The notes under the pieces are model-generated. The model was given only the letters and a program-made list of their open reading frames with translations. It did not search any database and was not told the origin of the DNA. A stretch of 64,000 bases of DNA from Takakia lepidozioides. Taxonomy: Eukaryota; Plantae; Bryophyta. Location of the stretch: contig CM060733.1 of the NCBI GenBank assembly GCA_030704615.1, positions 8,494,001 to 8,558,000 on the forward strand, given 5' to 3'. The translations under genes and the position numbers were made by a program. How positions within the stretch are numbered: position 1 is the first letter of the stretch; each line of letters starts with the position of its first letter. Positions 53,976-64,000 of this stretch are shown one piece after another.

Positions 53976-54739
53976 TTTTTATTAAATTAGTAAATAGTGG
54001 TTTTTATTAATTAATTGATTCATGTTTGCTGTTTTTTAAAACGGGACACGAAGCATAACTATGGTGTCTGTCCGAAGGGTTACTGGCTACTGCTTTCCAA
54101 GCCATCAAATACATTAAGTTTGGTAGTTTGTTGGTTTGTTGTCTCTGCCCTTCTAAGGCAGAACTACGCAGAGGGTTTTGATGCTTAGCACCGATACTTG
54201 AGATTAAGTTTTGAATTAGATCAAGACATGTGTAGGGGAATATTTCATCCATATCCATAAATGAATGAAATCATTGGATGAATAGTTTTATGCATATGTG
54301 AGTACATCTACCAGCCATCGTAGGCCGATATTCTCTCCAAATGAAGACAATGACTTGTATTGCATCCTATCATATATGCTCTCATTGAAATTTCTGATCC
54401 TCATAATGGAATACTTCTGCCTTATGTGAGGACAGTTGTGAGGCGCTACCACAGGAGCGGCAGTTGGATGAAATTCGATTAGATGATTGGTAGATGCATC
54501 ACAAACTGACACCCTCACCTACTACACGGGAGGAACGGCAATGACGTGGTGCCTATTTGGAGCCTCCCCACGGAAGTCGGATTTCCAAGGACTACCGCCG
54601 GGAAACGCGAAATATTAGGGGGTTTCTTTGTCGTGATCTGCTCATTGCCGCCATAGAGCTCATCTACCTATTCACTCCCTGTCTCCCGTACTATAGTACA
54701 ATAGAATTGCAAAACAGTACGTCTAGTGAGAATCCAAAT

Positions 54740-55170
54740 ATGGTCGACCTTGACAATATTGCTGCAAGCACTCAATGCGAGACAAATATGCCACCATGGA
54801 GTGCTCTCAATTGTGGAGGAAGTGGTAGTGGCAGTGGTAGGATGTCTATAGCACCTTTTCCATCTGCTCATGGTCCTTATATGCACCCAGGATCTTTCAT
54901 GAATCAACTTTTTGAATCGTCAATTCCAATTCTCACATCTCAAAAGACGACCAGCAAAAACCATTTCTAACAAGCGAGCAAACGGCCACTCCAAAGAAAA
55001 AGAGAACAGCAAGGTAGAAGGCCATGAAACGAGATTCAGCTGAATTGAAGGACGAAGGTGAGGAGAAAAAATGTGGCGGTTCATGGAAAGATCAATGGAT
55101 TATTCATTTGATAACAATGCGTGGTGAAATACAAGACACATTTGCTGCTCCACCAAAACAAGATGAGTAC
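54740..55170 (+). mobile_element. Possible PIF/Harbinger Myb/SANT-like ORF remnant
   Basis: GGSWKDQWIIHLITMRGEIQDTFAAPPKQ resembles a trihelix helix 1; upstream frame is broken by a stop. Confidence 0.4.
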
Positions 55171-57065
55171 CGGTACATTATGTGCTATATGTCTTGCGAT
55201 GTGTGAATGAATCTTGGGCTTATGTGTCTCTTGAGTCTGAGATACAAATATGTAAGACCAAGCAAATTATGTCATGGATAGTGTGTTATTATGTTGAGGA
55301 TATCATTTGCAGTGCGATCAACAGATAATAGTAAGCTTTGAGAATTCCAAGCCAGAAAGGGGGCTGAACTTTGATCACAGACACTTTGTCGAATGTCGTT
55401 GTTACTAGATATTAGCGGGGATGGCTTTGGAGCAACACATGCCATAAGCCGGGCCCTATCCTACTTCCCAGTTCAACCCTTCATGTTTCTTTTTTCTAGT
55501 ACGCAAGATTAGAGGTCCTCACCATGGATGGATGAAAGAAATACGAATGGATGAACAGTGAGTTTGTCACAACTCGAACTATGGCGGGATCGTGGGTTGG
55601 CGGGATACTTGAAAAGCTTGTAGAAGCATAGAATCAGCAGCGTTGAAGTCCTCATTTGGATTAATGTGTACTCTTTTTTAGTTAGCATTGCATGTTTGAA
55701 TAGAGTAACATGTTGTTTTGAAATCCTACTGTGGAAAGGTTGAGTGGAGGTGCTATTGGTAGGAATGTTAGAAGAAGATTGATCATTGAGAATGATGTGC
55801 CAGAGACTTCAGCTCAGGCTGAGGTCTCACCAGAATCTGCAAGCGATGATCAATTGCAAGGCACAAATGAGATTCCATCTGGTAACTAGCAGCTCCACTT
55901 TGTCGATCAAAATTAACTCAAACTTGTTGGCATCAAAGAATCCAATCCTTGCTAATTCTATTTAATCTGTTTTTAATCCTTAGAATTGGTTGTGCAAATC
56001 TTACAGCAAATCGTACCAATCTCGTTGCGGGCACAATGTCCAACAGTCTAGTAATTGATTATTATCATTATACTAATATATTGCCTACATTGCACATACT
56101 TACCAACAACATGCAACATAACCTCAACAAATAAATACATGTTTTATACAACATGCACGTCCTCGTAACTTATCGAAACTCCATATCTCCACCATAGAGT
56201 GCAACCCAAACAGAGATATCTTATACGTCGAGCCCACCCTCAACACAAGGAGGCAATAGCCATGCAAGGTGAAGCCTCACTCAAACCTCCTTTGAAGCTT
56301 TCACTATCCTTTTTATACCCCATAGTAACTTGACCAACAATAATCACCATATTCTCACGCCCTATAGTCATATTTACACTCATTGAATTCGATCCCCAAG
56401 TAATCATCTATGACTCCTCTGTACCCGAATTTATCCAACATAAACACGCACTACAAAATGTATATATAGAAGTCTTGTCACCTACATTTCTTGCCTCTTT
56501 TGACCAAAATGGGTTGAGGTAGAAGCTGTCTCTTACCATAATTCACTGTTAATTACAAATTGACAGAAACCTGTATCAACTAGTGGAATAGGTACTAAAA
56601 TAAGTGCCACATTTCCTCACAAAGAGCTCTAGACCATCCCCAATTTGCACACAAACATTAGGTGAAATGGAAAGATTACACCTAAACACAAGCTTACCAA
56701 TTGACTCTCTATCCAAGCAACTCGCTAACAAACTCTAATAGAACCTCTTCATAGCCAAACCAAGCATATAGCCACTGACACCTAGGCACATAACAATATT
56801 CAAGCATAGACATAGGATTACAATCACACAAGGACAATGGTTAGAGGGTTGCCCCTCCCTCATACCAGCAGCCACCTCTCTCTCTCTAGCAGCAAACAAC
56901 CCCCCAAAGTTATAGTCAATACTAAGTTTGGTAATTTGTTGGCTCTACCTTTCGAAGGCAGGACTATGCAAAGGAGACAACTTGCGTAGTGCTAAGCGGA
57001 GACAAGCAAGGTGTGTGGCCTGGCTTGGCATGCTTAAGACAACCCTCCTCCGACATATATCTGTC

Positions 57066-58773
57066 ATGGCAATTATGATGAAAATGTGTTCTCTCTTGCC
57101 ATCACCGTATTTGCAGAAGTCAGTCCAAGCATCGATTTCTGCCTCCGTTTTTGTGTCTCCGGAGGTTGGATCGCTGGGGAGAGCCTCTTACCAAAGTTTC
57201 CAAGCCTCTCGCATCTCCGCGGAGCTATCTGGGCTAGGTTTCCGAGTCAAATTTTCTGGGCGGACTAGCTGGGTTTGGAAGCTGCGGTCACAGGGCAGAC
57301 TTGGGGCTAAGAACAATGGAAGCGGGTGAGTTACTTTGTGCCCTATATTGGTTTGATTCTATCTCAGTCGAAATCTTGATGTACTCAAATGGTTGATGCG
57401 ATGGGTTGTGATGTGAGTGAGCAGTGCAACGTTCCTAATAACAAAGTCAGGACTTTCATGAACACTAAAGAAGCAAAATCTTGTGTCATAATCAGTGTTC
57501 TGTGTCCAAATCCATTTGAGACGTAACTCAAATTTCATACGAAAGGTAAACGTAGACTGGAAGCATGAGTATGGAATTTGTAGATTTTTGAAATTTTGGC
57601 CCTTGGAAAACTGTTTTGCATAGTCTTCCTTTCTCCGACTTTGCACTTTTCAGTTTTATCCAGTGTAACATTGACAATGCGCTGGGCAATAGGCGGGTGG
57701 CACTAGTGCGTTGTGGCATGGTGGAAGAGATGGGGAGAGTGCAGGAAGTGAAAGTGTTGGACAATGGAGGCTTTGAAATGATTGTGGAGGCAAGTACAGT
57801 CGTAGAGGATGTGAAGCTGGGGGATAGCATTGCCATCAATGGAACATGTTTGACAGTGACTCGCTTTGACTCCAGTTCCTTCTCTGTTGGTTTGGCCCCT
57901 GAGATGCTCCGATGGACTTCACTTGGGGACGCTGCAGTAGGTTCATCTGTAAACCTTGACGCTCACTGCAGCCTTTCTCTCGCATGGGCGGCCACTTTGT
58001 TCAGGGTCACATCGATGGAACAGGGACAATCCTATCCATGGAGCCTGAGGAAGATTCACTTTGGGTGAAAGTAAAGACCACTCCTGAACTTCTACGGTAT
58101 ATTGTTCCCAAGGGGTACATTGCTGTGGATGGAACAAGTCTCACGGTGGTTGAGGTTCTTGATAAGGAGAGTGCATTTACTTTTATGCTTGTGGCCTACA
58201 CTCAACAAAAAATCATCTTACCTGGAAAGAAGGTGAGGACAACCTTTTTATTTCTATTTGTTAGTATTCTCAACCTTATAACCTAAACTACTCCTGAACA
58301 GCTCTGTTCAGATAATGTACATTGGAAGATTAGGAACACTTCAAGTCCCACGGTTGTGTATCTCAGGGCATTAGTCACACCACAAATGCATTCATCAACT
58401 TTACCCTGTCGACAGTGGCGTTGATGTATTCTTGAGGGCACATGCTTCATGATACCCCTCCAGAGCTGATTGGTAAGTATTTGTATGTGCACAACCAATA
58501 AATTCTTTATTACAGGTAATTGAGTGTTGATTTAAGGGCTGGCATTGTCATCATACTCGAAATGATAGTATTGATTGCATGACTGATAGCATATCCTCCA
58601 CTTAACTTGGGTGGATCCAGTGTGTACCCTGTGTGTACCAAGTCTGCTTTCACCTCTCATGAGAACCACTACGTGTGCAGGTAGGAGACAAGGTCAATCT
58701 GGAGGTGGACATAGTTGGAAAGTATGTGGAACGAATGCTACAAGGCTACCAAGCTCCTGTGGTCACGGCTTAG
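57066..58773 (+). pseudogene. Plastid riboflavin synthase pseudogene, introns retained
   Basis: Exons 57066-57325, 57654-58232, 58681-58773. GDSIAINGTCLTV, GGHFVQGH.DG, KGYIAVDGTSLTV, VNLEVD..GKY; FT of the FTG motif missing at 57714; -1 frameshift at about 57959. Confidence 0.9.
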
Positions 58774-58869
58774 GCTTCCGTGAAGGAATACCCTTGCACT
58801 TGCCTATGCTGAAGGTTTCATTTATATTTTGTCAAACACCTGCAACCCTGCTGCATACGATTTTGGCAT

Positions 58870-61800
58870 TTCGCACAATCAAGGTAGAGTATCTGACATA
58901 TGTCCAGTTGTGAGTAACGGACTACCACCTTTTCGTTCATTTAGAGCTCATACCATTCTCTGGCAACTACACTGACTTGGAAATCACTGTCCATACTGGA
59001 AACTCTACCCCTTCCTTTCCCCACACCAACAACAACATCCTTTCCCTTTGTCTTTCTACCTTTATCCGGGGTATCCTAAGCGGGAGGCTCCTTCTCTGCA
59101 AGTGTCCTCAAATTTCTATCAAGAATCTCGAGGACGGCAGCCGCGGTGGTGGCTGCTACACGCGCATTCTCTCTCCTCAAAGACACCTCCTGCGTCGGGG
59201 TCTCAGAAACAGAGCAATCCAAATACCAACCACAGGCAGAAAGATGGTCTGGGCCCCAGTCCTGCAAGATCCCCGTAGTAAACATGGTCTGGTTGCCAGC
59301 AGGAACTAGCCACAGGTCCACGAAATCAGGATGTTTGTCCAAGCAGTTATCTGCCATGAGAACATACTTTATGTACCTGCAGGCACAGAGACACCCTCAT
59401 TATGCAATGCAACTATTGTCTCCCAGCTTTTCTACCACATCACGAAGACCCCCTAAAAGAGTATGCGGCACCGCACACTGCAACCACCGCACACAAAATA
59501 GCCTGAAGGGCCCAGGGTGTGCATGTTGGTATTACTACACACGGATAGAGCAAATGAGTGTGCAGCACCGCACACTCATATAAGCCAGCACAAAACAGGT
59601 TGGATGGAGGAGAGTGTGACTTTGCAAATCAAATAAGCATAGTCTATTTCGCACCTGTAAAGGCATCGTTTCCAGGCTTCCTCTCATTTCTCTTGCTGGT
59701 CAAGCTCATTTGTTCGACTGATGCCACCCTCCTTGTTGAACTCCCTGAAGAAACAAGATTGTCACACTGTGGCTGTCCGTTTCCGCATGTATGCTTGGAA
59801 GGAGACCTTCGGTGTTGTCATGGTGATGCCATAGTTAGCCAGCTGCGTATGTAGAACAGACTGGGTCATTTCCTCCAACTGCAAAATAATTCGAATGCAA
59901 GAATGAACCAGAAATCAATCACATCCATTGTAACTTGGAATGAAAACGACATAAAAGCAAAATGAAAGTGACACAACAAATGACATCATACCTGGCTCCA
60001 GTAAGTGGCTTTGTGAAGCCATGTGTCCATCATATTGTCACTGAAAGGAATGACACGCTTGGTCTTCTTCTCTTTCTTCGGCCTGGGAAACATGTGGGTA
60101 TCCCTAACAGTTGGATCGGAGTTCCATATCTATAGCTACTTCACCTTCTGTTCTGAAGACACTACGGCGGTAGACAACTTGTGCAACTTCTCCTGGGCCA
60201 TCTCCGGCTTGCCTAGCTTGTTGAAATGGTTTTTCACCTCTTGAAGAAACTGTGGTCCGAAGGACGGGTCGGCAATTCTCAACTGCTTCACAAAAGCACT
60301 CATAATATTCTTTCTTGTGGCGGTCATCTCTTGCTTGATGTGACTCTCAACCCCTTTTGATGTCCTCTCTCTCCAAGGGTAGAGCTGTAGTATTCCAGTT
60401 TGCTACGCTATCCTGCATCTGCAATGTCTTGTGGCAAGAGAATGCACGACAGTTGCATCAACAGAAGGGCAAGGGAAACAAATAGAAAGAAAGATTTGGA
60501 AGCAGGAATATCGAAAGGCCAGCTGATGGAAGATGTATCTCACCGCGTACAGATACTCCATGAAAGCCCACGGGTCAACGAGTACCATGTTTCTGATGTC
60601 TTGGAGCTTTCGCACTTCTTGTACGTCTCTGCTGAAAGGATGGTCTTGATGTTGGTCACGGGCATCTGGCCGATCCTCTGTATCATGTACAGTGTGTGAA
60701 CCAGACTCGTTTTGATATGCAATGTCTCCATCCCTCTGCAGAATGACGTGTGACAGTCAGAATGAAATTCAAGAATCGACAACAGTGGACTGGAACCAAA
60801 GAACCACAGAACCACAACTGGAACATGTAAAATCAGAAACCAACCTGTTCACATCATTCATTGCTGCCAGAAGACCCATCATGTTCCCGTCACAACCCAA
60901 CACCATCGTTCGAACAGTAATGCCACTCTTCCTCTTGTGAGTGCAGCCTCCCAATAAACAGCCATCCATGCAAGCAACCGGTGGTTGCCATCCCATACGT
61001 GAAACATCTTCCCTGAGAATGTTTGGGTCGAAGGTTTCCTGGAGAAAAGAAGTTCGAAGGATTCGTTCACCTGTCTCCAAATGGGATCCCAATAGTCCAC
61101 GATTGACTCATCCACAAAGGAGCACTTTGCCTCTGGAATCCCTAGTAGAAACGTAAAAGACTGCGGATCCATCCAAATACCCATGAACAAACTCGGCCTC
61201 CAGCTTCTAGATGTCCTTGATGAGGGGTGGACGAACGACGGACATGGAAACCAACCTACACAGGGGAATCTTAAACCTCCCACCCGGGGCAAGCATACTT
61301 TGCACCACAAGCTGAGAATTTACCTTCTGACCCCCCAACATCTCTGCGGCTTTGTTTTCATAGAACTCATCGTCCACATTAACAATGATATCATTTTCCT
61401 GCCCTGAAGGGTTCTCATCCTCCACCCTTTGCATCTTCTCTTGCAGGGATGTCCATTCAAATTGACATAAGAGTGAGGTCAGAAACAATGTGCAGTGCCG
61501 AACACTGTACAGAGCTTCAAACACATACCTTTTCCGTGTTTTCACAAAGCTTCAAATGTGCTTCAAAGTTTCAAAAAGAATCAAGTAGGCTTCCTATTTC
61601 TTGCTTCCATTTGTCTCTGTTTAAAGCAAGAGAGAGAACTGAATGAGTTCATTCCAAACCAAATAGAACACTTGACAGGGGTTTCAAGAAATGTAGACCA
61701 GAGTGACTATTCTGTGCTTACAGGTTGATTGAAGCCTGATAGACAGAGTTGGGTGAATAAAATACAAAGGGCCTGAGACATGACAGACTGGCCCGGTGTG

Positions 61801-63940
61801 TTACATTTTGACATCAAAAATTGGCAAAGAAGAGGGGCACAAACAGTGTGCGGCACCGCACACTGTTTGGTGCTTCCAATTAGGTGTGTTTTGAACCAGG
61901 CAGACACTACTGGTGTGGTTCATTTTGACATACAAAAAAACAAAGAAGGGGGGGCACAAACAGTGTGCATTGCCGCACACTGTTTCATGCTTCCGATTGG
62001 GGGTGTTTTGAACATGGCAGACTGGCCCTGTATGGCACATTTTCACATCAAAAAACAAGCAAAGTGGGGGGCACAAACAGTGTGCGTTGCCACACACTGT
62101 TTCGTGCTTCCAATTGGGGGTGTTTTGAACATGGCAGACTGGCCCTGTGTGGCCCATTTTGACATAAAAAAATAAAACAAATTGGGGGGCACAAACAGTG
62201 TGCGGCTACGCACACTGTTGTGTGCTTCCATATAGGTGTAATTTGAACATGGCAGACAGCCCTGGTGTGACACATTTTGACATAGAAAAACAAGCAAAGT
62301 GGGGGGCACAAATAGTGTGCGTTGCCGCACACTGTTTCGTCCTTCCATATAGGTGTGATTTGAACATGGCAGACTGACCATGTGTGGCCCATTTTGACAT
62401 CAGAAAACAAGCAAAGACGGTGACATCAGAAAACAAGCAAAGATGGGGGCACAAACAGTGTGCGTTACCGCACACTGTTTCGTGCTTCCATCTTGGTGTG
62501 ATTTGAACATGGCAGACTGGCCCTGTGTGGCATTTTTTGACATCAGAAAAGAACCAAAAAGGGGGGCACAAACAGTGTGCGTTGCCGCACACTGTTTGGT
62601 GCTTCCAATTAGGGGTGTATAGAACATGACAGACTGGCCCTGTGTGGCACATTTTCACATCAAAAAACAAGCAAAGAGGGGGGCACAAATAGTGTGCGTT
62701 GCCACACACTGTTTTGTGCTTCCATATATAGGTGTGATTTGAACATGGCAGACAGCCTTGGTGTGACACATTTTGACATCAAAAAACAAGCAAAGTGGGG
62801 GGCACAAACAGTGTGCGTTGCCGCACACTGTTTCGTGCTTCCATCTAGGTATGTTTTGAACATGGCAGACTGGCCATGTTTGGCCCATTTCAACATCAAA
62901 AAACAAGCAAAGTGGGGGGCACAAACAGTGTGCGTTGCCACACACTGTTTCGTGCTTCCATCTAGGTATGTTTTGAACATGGCAGACTGGCCATGTTTGG
63001 CCCATTTCGACATCAAAAAACAAGCAAAGTGGGGGGCACAAACAGTGTGCGTTGCCGCACACTGTTTGGTGCTTCCATCCTTATGTGATTTGAACTTGAC
63101 AGGCAGCTCTGGTGTGACACATTTTGACATAGAAAAAAACCAAGTAGAGGGGCACAAACAGTGTGCGGCAACGCACACTATTTCGTGCTTCCATCTAAGT
63201 GTGTGTGATACACCACAGACTGGCCTGGTCTGGTACAGACTGGCCTGGTCTGGTTCATTTTGACATGAAGAACAAGCAAAAAAGAGGGGCACAAACAGTG
63301 TGCGTTGCCGCACACTGTTTCGTGCTTCCATCCAGCTACATTTTGACATGGCAGACTGGGCTGGTGTGGTACAGTTTGACATAAAAAACAAGCAAAGCAG
63401 GGGGGCACAAACAATGTGCGTTGCCGCACACTGTTTCGTGCTTCCATGTAGGTGCTTTTGATACATGGCAGACTGGGCTGGTGAGGTACATTTTGAAATA
63501 AAAAAACAACAAGATGAGGGGTTGTCGTGACAGACTTGTACCTTTCTTTGTGTTGCGTTGGATGTCTCTCCAATCGCAGGAGACCCTTTGCGCTTCGGAC
63601 TGCTGTCTACACCGAGCATGTTCTGGAGCATCTCCGCCATCCTCTTTTCCACTGTCTGCTTCTTCATGAGGCCACCATCAACATCCTCTTCGGCGTCCGT
63701 CTCTCCCTCGGATGCAGTCTCCTCCTCACCCATTCTCGGCAGTATGGGGGGATGTTGTTCATCTCCAAAATCCTGCTCTTGCATCGCCAACCTTTCCTCA
63801 TTGCCCTCATCTTCCTCTTTTCCCTCTTCGTCTACTCTTTCCAACCTCATTCTATCTCTGGCTCTCTTCCTCTCCCTAGTGCTGGTAAAGTATAGCGACT
63901 TCCTTCTCTTCTTCCTCCGGTGGAAACAAACGCTCCCCAT
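58870..63940 (-). pseudogene. Degenerate multi-exon gene with ParB/Sulfiredoxin-like domain, probably TE-borne
   Basis: Acidic N-terminal exon 63940-63542; core 61440-60845 KIPLCRLVSMSVVRP..DI*KLEAEFVHGY..FYVS..FHVWDGNHRLLAW..LLAAMNDVNR; further exons about 60735-60544, 60383-59992, 59878-59655, 59376-58870; many stops and frameshifts. Confidence 0.7.
61778..63515. repeat. Tandem array, 14 x about 117 bp, each with a 28-bp palindrome
   Basis: AAACAGTGTGCG-N4-CGCACACTGTTT starts near 61841, 61958, 62075, 62193, 62310, 62453, 62570, 62687, 62806, 62923, 63040, 63156, 63293, 63409. Confidence 0.97.
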
Positions 63941-64000
63941 GCTACCTCTAAAGCTCTCCAGTTTAACGTTTGCACCAACGGTTGCTTTGGCATGTATCCA

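Noticed and set aside
61778-63515. CRISPR array or Cys-rich repeat proteins
   Set aside because: Sequence between palindromes is homologous, not unique spacers, and no cas genes are present. ORFs on both strands arise because 117 is divisible by 3; a GT donor at 63541 places the array in an intron.

Overview
Eukaryotic nuclear DNA, most consistent with a non-seed land plant (bryophyte-like; inferred from gene content, GT-AG introns and TE types). Five apparently intact multi-exon genes: an ASAP1/At2g28130-family SMC5/6-associated protein (+), ASI1/IBM2 BAH-RRM protein (-), Mediator MED27 (-), plastid Obg GTPase (+) and an F-box/PP2 protein (-). Pseudogenes: PPR-DYW editing factor (internally deleted and hit by a Ty3/gypsy element), MULE/SWIM-family transposase, riboflavin synthase, and a degenerate gene with a ParB/Sulfiredoxin-like domain whose intron holds 14 x 117-bp repeats, each with a strong palindrome. 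Mobile DNA is dense: gypsy 5' half with LTR and tRNA-iMet PBS, several copies of an RTE-X-like LINE inserted in TC-rich tracts, a short retroposon with a fixed U1-like 5' end, and hAT/Mutator/Mariner-type MITEs, some nested. Strongest lead: the ParB-fold gene plus palindrome array (58.9-64 kb). Exon models were read by eye and family assignments come from recalled motifs, not database searches.
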